This document shows positions 1 through 9,784 of a DNA stretch of 64,000 nucleotides, in pieces. This DNA comes from Acutalibacteraceae bacterium (GTDB taxonomy: Bacteria > Bacillota > Clostridia > Oscillospirales > Acutalibacteraceae): assembly GCA_045533195.1 (NCBI GenBank), contig JAZSHI010000024.1, forward strand, positions 448 to 64,447, in the 5' to 3' direction. Both the position numbers and the translations under genes were made by a program. Below the pieces are notes generated by a model. It was given only the letters and a program-made list of their open reading frames with translations. It was not told where the DNA came from and ran no database searches. Position 1 is the first letter of the stretch; each line of letters begins with the position of its first letter.

Positions 1-214
1 CGTCTTCATTTTCCACATAATCCTCTACCGAATGGGTAGTTATACCGCTTAAATGGTTAAGAAGGTTTTCAAACCTAACCGACAGCACCTTTACCGCATC
101 AGCCTGAGCAACACTTATAGGATCAGTTGTCTTTGCGTCGGCATTTTTTACATAATAAAGGGAGGCAAACATCAAAAGATGAAGGGACAAAAACACTATT
201 AAAGCTTTTTTCAT
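1..214 (-). CDS. hypothetical exported protein, N-terminal fragment (gene continues past left window edge)
   Basis: ATG at 214 preceded by GGGAGAGG with a 5-nt spacer. My translation MKKALIVFLSLHLLMFASLYYVKNADA... looks like a signal peptide. Frame stays open to position 1. Confidence 0.45.
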   Translation of the reverse strand, partial: MKKALIVFLSLHLLMFASLYYVKNADAKTTDPISVAQADAVKVLSVRFENLLNHLSGITTHSVEDYVENED

Positions 215-499
215 ATTTACCTCTCCCTTCACCATATATTCTGTATATATTATATTATACACACCATATATGGATATTTCACCACAATTCGATTACATTT
301 TGGTTACAGTTCTGTAACCAACCACTATATGTTGTGGTGGGATTTTTATCGCTTTAACGCGTTTGTGTGCCAATTACACAAAAAACTCATAAAATGTTTA
401 AAAAATATGTTGATTATCACAAAAAACTGTGATATAATCAGCTTATAACATAAATACGTCAATTTGGCGTTCTTTCTTAAGATAAAAGGAGTGCTTACT

Positions 500-2536
500 A
501 TGAAACAATTCACCGCAGAAAATATTAAAAATGTCGTGTTACTCGGCCACGGCGGTTCAGGTAAAACCACCTTGGCAGATGCACTGCTTTATAACGCAGG
601 TCTTACTGATCGCATAGGAAATACAGGCGACGGTTCTTCGGTTATGGATTTTGATGCAGAGGAAAAGAAACGCGGTTCTTCGGTAGGTCTTTCGGTTTAT
701 CCCATTATTGCTGGAGAAAATAAAATAAATCTTTTGGACGCCCCCGGTCAGTTCGACTTTGTTTCGGGCGCATACGAAGGTCTTTCTGCCGCTGAAAATG
801 CAGTTATAGTTATTTCCGGTAAATCAGGTCTTACCGCCGGCGCCAAAAAGTCATACGATATGGCTAAAGAGATGGGCAAAGGCATTGCCTTCTTTATCGG
901 AAAGTTAAATTCCACCCACGCTCACTTCTACCGCGTAATTTCTGCCCTTACCGCTTCCTACGGCGCGGCTGTTTGCCCCGTTGTTGCTCCACTTGTTGAA
1001 GGCGATGCTGTTACGGCTTACGTAAACCTTATTACCAATACCGCTTACCGCGCAGACGGACTTAACCTCACCGAAATCAACTACACTCCCACCGATGAGC
1101 TTATTAAAATGCGCGACCTTCTCTTAGAGGCAGTGGCAAGTACCGATGAAGCCTTAATGGAAAAATATTTTGAAGGCGAAGTGTTCAGCGAAGAAGAGGT
1201 TATCTGCGCTCTTAAAAACGGTATGAAGTCAGGCGAAATCTGTCCCGTATTCTGCGGTGTTCAGGCAAGTGGTGACGCAATTGGGCTATTCGCAGATATT
1301 CTTTATAAAATACTTCCCTCTGCCGATATGACACCCGCTTTAAGTGTTGACGGCGACGAAATTGCCATAGACAAGGATGCTAAAACAAAGCTTTTCGTAT
1401 TCAAAACCGTTGCCGACCCCTTTGTTGGCAGACTTTCCTTCTTTAAGGTTGTTTCGGGAAGTATTGCTAACGATACAAGACTTACTACCATCCGCACAGG
1501 AAAAGAAGAACGTATTTCCAAGGTTATGATAGCAAAAGCAGGAAAACAGGAGGACTCCCCCGCCCTTTATGCAGGTGATATCGGTTGCGCTTCAAAGCTT
1601 GGCGACGTGAAAACAGGCGACACCCTTTCGGTTGACGGCGGTCCTGCCGTTAATCCCGCCGCCTTCCCCATTCCTTGTATTTCTTCCGCTGTTTATCCTA
1701 AGAACAAAGGCGAAGAAGAAAAGATTTCCTCTGGTATGGCAAGACTTTGCGAAGAAGATCCCACAATTTCTTATGCTTTTAATACCGAAACGGGCGAATA
1801 CGTGCTTTCGGCTATGGGCGAAGTTCACATTGACGTTATCGCTTCTCGCTTAAAGGCTAAGTTCGGCGCAGAGGTTGTTCTTCAAAAGCCCAAGGTTGCC
1901 TACCGCGAAACCATTCGCAAGTCCGCTAAGGTTCAGGGCAAATATAAGAAGCAGTCGGGCGGTCACGGACAGTTCGGCGACGTATGGATTGAATTTTCTC
2001 CCTGTGACTCTGAAGAGCTTATTTTTGAAGAGTCGGTTGTGGGCGGTGCTGTTCCAAAGAATTTCTTCCCTGCAGTTGAAAAGGGACTTCGCGATTCCGT
2101 TACAAAGGGTGTTCTTGCAGGATACCCAATGGTTGGCATAAAGGCTAATCTTTATGACGGCTCCTACCATCCCGTTGACTCCTCGGAAATGTCCTTTAAA
2201 ACTGCCGCTTCCCTTGCCTTTAAAGACGGTATCCCGCAGTGCGCTCCCGTTCTTTTGGAACCCTTTGGCACACTAAAGGTTGTTCTTCCCGAAGATAATC
2301 TGGGCGACGTTATCGGTGACATAAACAAACGCCGCGGCAGAATAATCGGTATGAATCCCCTTGAGAACAAACAGCAAGAGGTTGTAGGCGAGGTTCCCAT
2401 TGCCGAAATGAGCGACTTTGCAACAGCAATGCGTTCCATTACCGGCGGTATCGCTTCCTTTACTCTTAACTTCGAAAGATATGAAGAGGTTCCCTCCCAC
2501 ATAGCTCAGAAGGTTATTGAAGAAGCTAATAAATAA
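500..2536 (+). CDS. EF-G-like translational GTPase paralogue (divergent G3/G4 motifs)
   Basis: ORF 464..2536. ATG at 500 follows AAAGGAG. G1 is GHGGSGKTT, G3 is DAPGQ, and the C-terminal part resembles EF-G domains II-V (GGHGQFGDV, YHPVDSSE). Confidence 0.85.
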   Translation: MKQFTAENIKNVVLLGHGGSGKTTLADALLYNAGLTDRIGNTGDGSSVMDFDAEEKKRGSSVGLSVYPIIAGENKINLLDAPGQFDFVSGAYEGLSAAENAVIVISGKSGLTAGAKKSYDMAKEMGKGIAFFIGKLNSTHAHFYRVISALTASYGAAVCPVVAPLVEGDAVTAYVNLITNTAYRADGLNLTEINYTPTDELIKMRDLLLEAVASTDEALMEKYFEGEVFSEEEVICALKNGMKSGEICPVFCGVQASGDAIGLFADILYKILPSADMTPALSVDGDEIAIDKDAKTKLFVFKTVADPFVGRLSFFKVVSGSIANDTRLTTIRTGKEERISKVMIAKAGKQEDSPALYAGDIGCASKLGDVKTGDTLSVDGGPAVNPAAFPIPCISSAVYPKNKGEEEKISSGMARLCEEDPTISYAFNTETGEYVLSAMGEVHIDVIASRLKAKFGAEVVLQKPKVAYRETIRKSAKVQGKYKKQSGGHGQFGDVWIEFSPCDSEELIFEESVVGGAVPKNFFPAVEKGLRDSVTKGVLAGYPMVGIKANLYDGSYHPVDSSEMSFKTAASLAFKDGIPQCAPVLLEPFGTLKVVLPEDNLGDVIGDINKRRGRIIGMNPLENKQQEVVGEVPIAEMSDFATAMRSITGGIASFTLNFERYEEVPSHIAQKVIEEANK

Positions 2537-2544
2537 AAAAATAT

Positions 2545-2575
2545 CCTGACTTCGTTTGAAGTCAGGAATTTTTTT
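2545..2575. terminator. bidirectional rho-independent terminator
   Basis: Hairpin CCTGACTTC-GTTT-GAAGTCAGG flanked by an A-run and a T-run, between convergent genes. Confidence 0.75.
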
Positions 2576-2591
2576 ATTAGGGAGTAGGGAC
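2574..2591. repeat. repeat family B, short inverted copy 4
   Basis: TTATTAGGGAGTAGGGAC is the reverse complement of GTCCCTACTCCCTAATAA. Lies next to the terminator at 2545. Confidence 0.45.
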
Positions 2592-4298
2592 TTATATATA
2601 TTTCTTTATTTCCTTATTAAGCACTTCTCTGAACTTAATAAGTGTTAAATCATCATCGGGACAATAGGTAAACTTCATTTCGCCGAAGAAGTCTTCAATA
2701 AGCTTAATTGCCTTTTCTCTGCCTGCAAGCTCACTTAACTTCATAAGTGCTTCATAGTCTAATATTCCCTCGTAAAACACCTTCATTCTGGTACTGGTAA
2801 GAGCAGTTCCGTCATTATTTGGATAAGCCATAAATGAAGTGCCGGGATAGTTGCCGTAGTTACAGGGGAACACCTTAACGTCGCAAAGACCGTGGCTCAA
2901 TTTATCATAGTAATAGTTAAAGCCCCAATGCAAAAATCCTGTCATACCGAAATAGAACATCTGCACACCAACAATTCTGCAACGGGGTGCGGTGGTAGAA
3001 ATAAGACGGTTGGTAAAGCCTTCAACAAGGCTTTCACCGGTATAGTAAAGCCAACGGTTTTCTGCATTTTCAATAAATTTACCCATATCCTCGCTGTTTA
3101 CCGAAATAATGGGGGTATGGATTTTTGCCTCTTTATATACGTCGAAGCGGGAAATAGCATCGCCGTTTACATAGCCTTCAATTTCAGGAAGCACCGTATC
3201 AAGACATTTCTTATAGTTTTCAAGATGCTTGTCGCTGGGCTCGTCGGAAATATGGAAAAGAATGTTTTTGTTAACACCGGTTTTCTCGAGAATCGGCTTT
3301 AATGCTCTTAAATAGCTCTTTATAAAGAGGGTGTATTCTTCGCTCTGTGAATCGGTATTCCAACCGAAAAGCTGTTTATACTCGCCGTTTTCATAGCCCA
3401 TAATCTTGGGAGCAGCCTTTGCGCCCCACTGAGAATAAAGATGGCTGTGCTCAAAATGAGTCTGACCGGCTCTATGACAAACCTCTATAAAGCGTTCCAT
3501 AAGACTAAAATCAAATTCATAGCCGTCCTCGGTCTTTGTTACCTTTACAAGCTGGGCAGTCTTTCTCTCACAGCCTACAGAGGTATCAAGAGGAGGAGTG
3601 AATGCGGGAAGCAAAATCATATTCATTCCCGTATCGGCGGCAGCCTTTGCAAAGGACTCAATAATCTCAAAATGCTTATCAGAAAACATTTCAACGTTAT
3701 AAAGGTCTGCAAGACAGTCGCAATGGAACCAGTTAGTGTAAAGCAGTCTTTGTTCGCCGAGCTTTGCATCAATTACCTCAACCGTAAAGGTGCAGGTTGC
3801 CTTTATAACCTCAGCGCACGCGTCATAAAATCTTATGGTAAAGGTATGTTCACCGGGGGTAAGAGGATTGTTCTTTCCGCCGAGAGTAACCCATAGAGAC
3901 TGCCAAGAATAAGCGGCATTTAAAAGGTGATTTTCGCCCTTTTCAAAGAATATATTCTGCCACTGGAAGCCTTCGTTATTTATAATGCTATTGTTATTTC
4001 TCTTGTAAAGAATATCGGGATAAAGGCCGGGCTCGGTTCTGTCATAGTATTTATCGGGATTCATAGGTATAGCATTTATCAGGGGAACATATGCTACCTT
4101 GTATGTTTCATAATCGTTAATATCGGTTTCAACCTGGGCATACAAAAGCTCACTCGGTCTGTTTTCATCAATTCTATAGGCTATCTGAAAGGATGCCGGT
4201 TCGTCGGCAAAAACGGAAATTCTGTCGATTTCGCTTCCCTGCACTTTGTCAGGAAAAACCTTTGCAAGAGAAGAAACAATTTTTGTTTCAAGTTTCAT
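2592..4298 (-). CDS. DUF4091-like glycoside-hydrolase-like protein
   Basis: 568-aa ORF. N-terminus MKLETKIVSSLAKVFPDK and overall layout recalled as DUF4091 family. No search run. Confidence 0.6.
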   Translation of the reverse strand: MKLETKIVSSLAKVFPDKVQGSEIDRISVFADEPASFQIAYRIDENRPSELLYAQVETDINDYETYKVAYVPLINAIPMNPDKYYDRTEPGLYPDILYKRNNNSIINNEGFQWQNIFFEKGENHLLNAAYSWQSLWVTLGGKNNPLTPGEHTFTIRFYDACAEVIKATCTFTVEVIDAKLGEQRLLYTNWFHCDCLADLYNVEMFSDKHFEIIESFAKAAADTGMNMILLPAFTPPLDTSVGCERKTAQLVKVTKTEDGYEFDFSLMERFIEVCHRAGQTHFEHSHLYSQWGAKAAPKIMGYENGEYKQLFGWNTDSQSEEYTLFIKSYLRALKPILEKTGVNKNILFHISDEPSDKHLENYKKCLDTVLPEIEGYVNGDAISRFDVYKEAKIHTPIISVNSEDMGKFIENAENRWLYYTGESLVEGFTNRLISTTAPRCRIVGVQMFYFGMTGFLHWGFNYYYDKLSHGLCDVKVFPCNYGNYPGTSFMAYPNNDGTALTSTRMKVFYEGILDYEALMKLSELAGREKAIKLIEDFFGEMKFTYCPDDDLTLIKFREVLNKEIKKYI

Positions 4299-4402
4299 AA
4301 AAACACCTCCGTGATGCTTCTATATTAACATAACTCTCAAGCGCTTTGCAATAAAAATTGCAAATTTTTTCACTTTATGTTAAAATAATTTAGGTGATAA
4401 AT

Positions 4403-4717
4403 ATGTTTTCATTTTTTAAGAAAAAGAAAAATCCCGTTTTAAAGGAAATGGACGGCAGAGAGGTAAAATACGTTACCCGCCGTGAACATTTGGGAAACGG
4501 CGAGGTTCGTGAAGAAATTTTAGGCAAAGACGGACGAATCGTTCTTATTGAAGATGAAATAAGGGTGCTTTGCGGTGAAAAGGACGTATTTAAAGGCAAC
4601 ATAGAGACCTGTGAATACTTCAGACTTATGTCGGGCGACGGCATTACCGTTTCGGGCTTCAACAGCGTTATCGAAAAAGAGGATATTATTACAGTTTATT
4701 ATAAATATCATAGATAA
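4403..4717 (+). CDS. hypothetical small protein
   Basis: ORF 4394..4717. ATG at 4403 lies 5 nt after AGGTGA. No recognisable motif. Confidence 0.55.
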   Translation: MFSFFKKKKNPVLKEMDGREVKYVTRREHLGNGEVREEILGKDGRIVLIEDEIRVLCGEKDVFKGNIETCEYFRLMSGDGITVSGFNSVIEKEDIITVYYKYHR

Positions 4718-4732
4718 AGAAAACAACGGCTC

Positions 4733-5278
4733 CTACGAGTCGTTGTTTTCTTCTAAAAAGGAGAAAAGTTCATTTTCATCAAATGAAAATAGTAACGTTT
4801 TTGCTGTACTTTCCGCCATAAAGCCTTCTTTTACCGTATGGTCTATAAGGGCTTTAAGGGGTTCATAATATTTTCTGATATTAAAAAGAACAATAGGCTT
4901 TTTTATTTGCCCCAAGGAATTAAGGGTAAAAACCTCAAAAAATTCATCATAGGTTCCTATTCCGCCGGGTAGCACAATAATTGCATCTGCTTTTCCTTCT
5001 AATAGCGCCTTTCGGCTTCTCATATCCTCGGTGAATATAAAATCGGTACATTTATCGTACAAAACACCGTCGGGTTCAAAGAATTTCGGCGCAATTCCTA
5101 TTATCTCGCCGCCCCCTTCGGTCATACCTCTTGCCACGGCACCCATAAGTCCGTTTTTGCCGCCGCCGAAAATAAGGGTATGGCCTCTTTTAGCCATTTC
5201 TCTGCCAAGTTTTTCGGCAGCTTTTTTATATTCCTCGTTAATTGTCTCGCGCGCCGCGCCGTAAACTGTTATATTCAT
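4733..5278 (-). CDS. LOG family (TIGR00730) Rossmann-fold nucleotide-binding protein
   Basis: Motifs GGGKNGLMGAVARG and PGGIGTYDEFFE, typical of the LOG / lysine-decarboxylase-like family. Confidence 0.8.
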   Translation of the reverse strand: MNITVYGAARETINEEYKKAAEKLGREMAKRGHTLIFGGGKNGLMGAVARGMTEGGGEIIGIAPKFFEPDGVLYDKCTDFIFTEDMRSRKALLEGKADAIIVLPGGIGTYDEFFEVFTLNSLGQIKKPIVLFNIRKYYEPLKALIDHTVKEGFMAESTAKTLLFSFDENELFSFLEENNDS

Positions 5279-6321
5279 AGTTTAAACCCCGTCTCCAATG
5301 CCGCCGTAAGTGTTCTGCCAATTACCGTTGCCATTCTGAAAAATCCTAAATCGTTGGGATGACATCCGTCAACGGTACAGCTTTCACTAAAGTCACCGTC
5401 ATAAAGATGACAGCCATCCACAAAGTAAACATACTTATCGCCTTCCTCCTTGGCGCGCCGGTAGGTTTCCCTTATAATCTTTACTCCCCCTGCTATCCAC
5501 GGCTCTTGAGGATTGGTGGAGGGCGCAGTAACCATAACAACGGGAATAAAAGGATTTTTTAGTCTTACGGTCTTGTAAAAATTATAGTGAGTAGCATTCA
5601 GCATATCTAAATCATATGCGTTATGGTGATAATCAAGAACAAAAGCGCTCATTTTAAGACGTGAAATATACTCTGCTATTTCCTTTTCGCCCTTGGCATT
5701 TCCCGAAAATCCAAGATTTATATGGTCAACGCCCAGCTTTTGCGCAATCATAGCGCAGTAGGTATTTCCGGGACGACTTGCCGCAGCTCCGTGGGTAATG
5801 GACGAGCCGTAAAATACTATAGGTTTACCCATTTTGTTATACTGAGGAGCAGCCTTAAAGGAACTGCCCTTCTTTATGCCGATATAAAGCTCCTTGACCG
5901 CTTTAAAAAGGGGGAAATTAACTGTGTAACAGTTTTCGCCCGAAGTATCTAAAAGTCCTTCGTAACCGCTTTGGGCATTAACGGGTGGACGAAAACAGCC
6001 TACAAACACTTCACTGCCGTCATTTTTTCTTTTATAAAGGTCAAAGCCCCAAAGGGAAGAGGGCGCCATAATGGTTGGAATATATTCACCGCTATAAAAA
6101 GCTCTTATGGCAACAAAGGGCGAATCGGTAGTAAATCTTGCCCTCACCCCCGTTGACTGCTGTTTAAATCCATCTAAAATAGGAAAATCTAACGGCAAAC
6201 GGTGATAGTCCTCTGCCGCGCCGTGAATTGATACAGGAGACTCTGAGGCATTGTACCAGACAATATCGTCTCTGTCGATTTTGCCCGGCACCTCCATATT
6301 TTTATCCCTTATTTCTGCCAT
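5275..6321 (-). CDS. SGNH/GDSL hydrolase family protein
   Basis: Block I FYGSSITHG and block V VDGCHPND. Carries an N-terminal extra domain of about 160 aa. Confidence 0.7.
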   Translation of the reverse strand: MAEIRDKNMEVPGKIDRDDIVWYNASESPVSIHGAAEDYHRLPLDFPILDGFKQQSTGVRARFTTDSPFVAIRAFYSGEYIPTIMAPSSLWGFDLYKRKNDGSEVFVGCFRPPVNAQSGYEGLLDTSGENCYTVNFPLFKAVKELYIGIKKGSSFKAAPQYNKMGKPIVFYGSSITHGAAASRPGNTYCAMIAQKLGVDHINLGFSGNAKGEKEIAEYISRLKMSAFVLDYHHNAYDLDMLNATHYNFYKTVRLKNPFIPVVMVTAPSTNPQEPWIAGGVKIIRETYRRAKEEGDKYVYFVDGCHLYDGDFSESCTVDGCHPNDLGFFRMATVIGRTLTAALETGFKL

Positions 6322-6761
6322 TACTGTTTTCCCGTTGAGCCAAAACCACCTGCACCGCGCTCGGTTTCATCAAGTTCATTTACTTCGTTAAACTCAACCG
6401 ATAAAAAGGGCATTATAACAAGCTGTGCAATTCTGTCGCCGTTTTTAACGGAACGAACCACCTCGCCGTCATTATGAAGAGCAACAATATATTCTCCTCT
6501 GTAATCGGAATCGGCAACACCTACACAGTTGGCGGGACGAAGTCCCTCTTTTGCGGCAAGTCCGCTTCTGGCAAAAATTGCGCCGAAATATCCGTCGGGA
6601 ACAGCAATGCTGAGCCCCGTTCCGATTTTTACTGTGGAGTGTGGTGCAATTTCAACACTTTCACTTTCTAAACAGGCATAAAGGTCATAGCCTGCCGCCG
6701 CCGCACTTCCGCGGCTGGGTAAAACTGCATTGTCTCTTAATTTTTTAATTTTGATTTCCAT
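6321..6761 (-). CDS. dut: dUTP diphosphatase
   Basis: 146 aa with AAGYDLYA, RSGLA and GVADSDYRGE motifs of trimeric dUTPase. Confidence 0.9.
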   Translation of the reverse strand: MEIKIKKLRDNAVLPSRGSAAAAGYDLYACLESESVEIAPHSTVKIGTGLSIAVPDGYFGAIFARSGLAAKEGLRPANCVGVADSDYRGEYIVALHNDGEVVRSVKNGDRIAQLVIMPFLSVEFNEVNELDETERGAGGFGSTGKQ

Positions 6762-6774
6762 AACCTATCCCTCC

Positions 6775-6806
6775 AAAAAACAAAAAGGCGTATAAAACGC
6801 CTTTTT
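6775..6806 (-). terminator. rho-independent terminator after nrdDG
   Basis: Hairpin AAAGGCGT-N5-ACGCCTTT with a T-run on the minus strand. Confidence 0.65.
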
Positions 6807-7326
6807 ACAGGTTTAAAAGAACTACCTCGCCCTTTTCTCTTGTGGCGTTCATATCTATAAGACGCTGATTTTCACTACCTCTGAATTTCAGCATAAGATT
6901 TCTTTTATCTTTTTCAAAACGTCCGTCAACCATAACGTCAATTAAAGAAAGCATTTCCTCAGTACACTCTGTGTTAGCATAACCGCCCTTTGTCATAAGT
7001 TCCTCATAAGTAAATCCTGTGTAGCACCAGATATCCTTATTTGGAAGTTCCTTTTTTATGCGCCTTAAAAGGTTAAGACACTGTGGCTGATTTTTGGGCT
7101 CCATAGGTTCGCCGCCCAGAAGAGAAAGGCCCCGAACATAGTCGGGGCGCAATGCCTCTATAATTTCGTCTTCGGTGCTCTCGGTATAAAGCTTTCCGAA
7201 TTTAAAATCCCAGGTTGCACGGTTAAAACATTCTTCGCAATGATTTGTGCAGCCCGACACAAAAAGTGCAACCCGCACTCCCAAGCCGTTGGCAATATCA
7301 CGCTTTTTAAGTTCACCGTAATACAT
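6805..7326 (-). CDS. nrdG: anaerobic ribonucleoside-triphosphate reductase activating protein
   Basis: Radical-SAM cluster motif CTNHCEEC. Lies immediately downstream of nrdD. Confidence 0.9.
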   Translation of the reverse strand: MYYGELKKRDIANGLGVRVALFVSGCTNHCEECFNRATWDFKFGKLYTESTEDEIIEALRPDYVRGLSLLGGEPMEPKNQPQCLNLLRRIKKELPNKDIWCYTGFTYEELMTKGGYANTECTEEMLSLIDVMVDGRFEKDKRNLMLKFRGSENQRLIDMNATREKGEVVLLNL

Positions 7327-7327
7327 A

Positions 7328-9505
7328 TTATAAATGAAGCACTCTTTCTTTTATTTCCTGAGTACGTCCCTGATTCCAGTACTGTGTACCAATGTAACCG
7401 CAGGTACGTCTTGCAACGTTCATCTTGGTCTGATCTGTGTTATTGCAGTTGGGACATTTCCAGATAAGTTTTCCGTCCTCGTTTTCGGTTACTTCAATTT
7501 CACCGTCAAAGCCGCAACACTGACAGAAGTCGCTCTTGGTATTAAGCTCAGCGTACATAATGTTATCGTAGATAAACTTCATAACCTCAAGAACAGCCTC
7601 GATATTGTTCTGCATATTGGGTACCTCTACATAAGAGATAGCACCGCCGGGAGAAAGCGCCTGGAATTTAGCTTCAAGCTCTAACTTCTCGAATGCATCA
7701 ATAGGCTCGGTAACGTGAACGTGATAAGAGTTGGTGATATAGCTCTTATCGGTAATGTCCTTAATGATACCGAAACGCTTCTGTAAAGCCTTTGCAAATT
7801 TATAGGTGGTGCTTTCAAGGGGAGTGCCGTAGAGACTGTAGTCAATATTCTCTGCTGCCTTCCACTTAGCAGTGTATTCGTTAAGCTTCTTCATAATTGC
7901 AAGACCGAATGCCTCACCCTCAGGTTCGGTAAGCTTCTTGCCGGTCATAGCATATACACATTCCCAAAGACCTGCATAGCCGAGAGAAATGGTAGAATAA
8001 CCGCCGTGGAGATATTTGTCAATGGTCTCGCCTGCTTTAAGACGCAAGAGTGCGCCGTGCTGCCAGAGAATAGGAGCGGCATCGGAAAGAGTGCCTGTAA
8101 GACGCTCATGACGGCACTGTAACGCTCTGTGGCAAAGCTCCATTCGTTTATCAAATATATTCCAGAATTCGTTTAAATCCTTTTGGGCAGAAAGTCCGAT
8201 ATCTACAAGGTTTACGGTTACAACGCCCTGATTGAAACGTCCGTAGTACTTAGGATTACCGTTTTCATCAACAAAGGGGGTAAGGAAGCTGCGGCAACCC
8301 ATACAGGTATAGCAGTTGCCGTTACCGTTTTTGTCAATCTTATTCTGAAGCATAATCTTTTCAGAAATATAATCGGGAACCATACGCTTAGCGGTACATT
8401 TAGCTGCAAGTTCGGTAAGATACCAGTATTTGCTGTCTTCGGTAATATTATCTTCTTCAAGAACATAGATAAGCTTGGGGAATGCAGGGGTAATCCATAC
8501 GCCCTTTTCATTCTTAACACCCTGTACTCTCTGCTGAAGAACCTCTTCAATAATAAGAGCAAGGTCAGCCTTGGTGCGTTCATCCTTTGCTTCGTTAAGG
8601 TACATAAATACAGTAACGAAGGGAGCCTGACCGTTGGTGGTCATAAGGGTAACAACCTGATACTGTATCATCTGTACGCCCTTGCGGATTTCCTCAAGAA
8701 GTCTCTTTTCAGCTATAGCATCAATCTGATTGCCGTCAAGGGTAACACCTGCTTCGGCATATTCCTCTTTTACCATACTTCTTATCTTCTGACGGCTTAT
8801 TTCAACAAAGGGAGCAAGGTGGGTAAGAGAAATACTCTGTCCGCCGTACTGACAGGAAGCAACCTGCGCAATAATCTGAGTAGCAATATTACAAGCGGTG
8901 GAAAAGCTGTGAGGCTTCTCAATAAGAGTACCGCTGATAACTGTGCCGTTCTGGAGCATATCCTCAAGGTTAACAAGGTCACAGTTGTGCATATGCTGTG
9001 CAAAATAGTCTGCATCGTGGAAGTGGATAATACCCTGCTCATGTGCCTCTACAATATCCTTGGGCAGAAGCAAACGCTTTGTAATATCCTTACTAACCTC
9101 ACCTGCCATATAGTCACGCTGTACCGAGTTAACGGTGGGGTTTTTATTACTGTTTTCCTGCTTAACCTCTTCGTTGTTACATTCAATAAGACTTAAAATC
9201 TGCTCATCTGTAGTGTTGGACTTACGGATAAGAGCACGGGTGTAACGATAGGTGATATAACTTCTTGCTACACTGAAAGCGCGCTGATTCATAATCTGGT
9301 CTTCCACCATATCCTGAATTTCTTCCACGCTTAAAGCTCTGTTTACATTCATACAAGCCATTTCAACGTCTTCTGCAATACGTTTAATCTGGATAGGAGT
9401 CATACGTTCGCTGCTTACAACACTTTCGTTTGCCTTGGTAATAGCGGTAATTATCTTTGATGCGTCAAAATCTACTTCTCTACCGCTTCTCTTAATAATT
9501 TTCAT
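7328..9505 (-). CDS. nrdD: anaerobic ribonucleoside-triphosphate reductase
   Basis: ORF 7328..9520. ATG at 9505 lies 8 nt after GGAGG. N-terminal ATP-cone, C-terminal Zn ribbon (CQCCG...CPNC) and glycyl-radical motif RRTCGYIG. Confidence 0.95.
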   Translation of the reverse strand: MKIIKRSGREVDFDASKIITAITKANESVVSSERMTPIQIKRIAEDVEMACMNVNRALSVEEIQDMVEDQIMNQRAFSVARSYITYRYTRALIRKSNTTDEQILSLIECNNEEVKQENSNKNPTVNSVQRDYMAGEVSKDITKRLLLPKDIVEAHEQGIIHFHDADYFAQHMHNCDLVNLEDMLQNGTVISGTLIEKPHSFSTACNIATQIIAQVASCQYGGQSISLTHLAPFVEISRQKIRSMVKEEYAEAGVTLDGNQIDAIAEKRLLEEIRKGVQMIQYQVVTLMTTNGQAPFVTVFMYLNEAKDERTKADLALIIEEVLQQRVQGVKNEKGVWITPAFPKLIYVLEEDNITEDSKYWYLTELAAKCTAKRMVPDYISEKIMLQNKIDKNGNGNCYTCMGCRSFLTPFVDENGNPKYYGRFNQGVVTVNLVDIGLSAQKDLNEFWNIFDKRMELCHRALQCRHERLTGTLSDAAPILWQHGALLRLKAGETIDKYLHGGYSTISLGYAGLWECVYAMTGKKLTEPEGEAFGLAIMKKLNEYTAKWKAAENIDYSLYGTPLESTTYKFAKALQKRFGIIKDITDKSYITNSYHVHVTEPIDAFEKLELEAKFQALSPGGAISYVEVPNMQNNIEAVLEVMKFIYDNIMYAELNTKSDFCQCCGFDGEIEVTENEDGKLIWKCPNCNNTDQTKMNVARRTCGYIGTQYWNQGRTQEIKERVLHL

Positions 9506-9536
9506 AGCTTCTACCTCCATCTTTCTTTTTTACTAA

Positions 9537-9552
9537 CTACTATATATTGTGT
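9537..9552 (-). promoter_or_regulatory. putative NrdR box 1
   Basis: Minus-strand ACACAATATATAGTAG resembles the NrdR palindrome acaCwAtATaTwGtgt. Located upstream of nrdD. Confidence 0.45.
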
Positions 9553-9601
9553 ATCTAAAAACAGGGGCACCTATTCCCCTTCTTTGTTGAGCTCTATCAT
9601 T

Positions 9602-9617
9602 ATACCATATATAGTAT
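9602..9617 (-). promoter_or_regulatory. putative NrdR box 2
   Basis: Minus-strand ATACTATATATGGTAT, an AT-rich palindrome of NrdR type, 65 bp from box 1. Confidence 0.35.
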
Positions 9618-9723
9618 AAAAAGCAATAGGCAAACACAAAATATTTTTATTTTAGCCGTTTTACACAAATAAAACAACAAAAATTGGTCTTTTTCACTAT
9701 TCGACAATATTTTCTGTCTTTCG

Positions 9724-9760
9724 GCAAAAAACAAAAGACGGGAAACCGTCTTTTGTTTTA
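9724..9760 (-). terminator. rho-independent terminator
   Basis: Hairpin ACAAAAGACGG-GAAA-CCGTCTTTTGT with a T-run on the minus strand, downstream of the 9785..11293 gene. Confidence 0.75.
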
Positions 9761-9784
9761 AGTATTTAATGATTTTTAAAAGAA

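Noticed and set aside
127-570. 76-aa (+) and 74-aa (-) ORFs upstream of the EF-G-like gene
   Set aside because: The region is AT-rich promoter sequence between divergent genes. The ORFs overlap each other and have no RBS and low-complexity translations.
8183-9196. 337-aa plus-strand ORF inside nrdD
   Set aside because: It is antisense to a gene with unmistakable class III RNR motifs. The translated sequence is low-complexity with no RBS and no recognisable motif. This is a typical shadow ORF.
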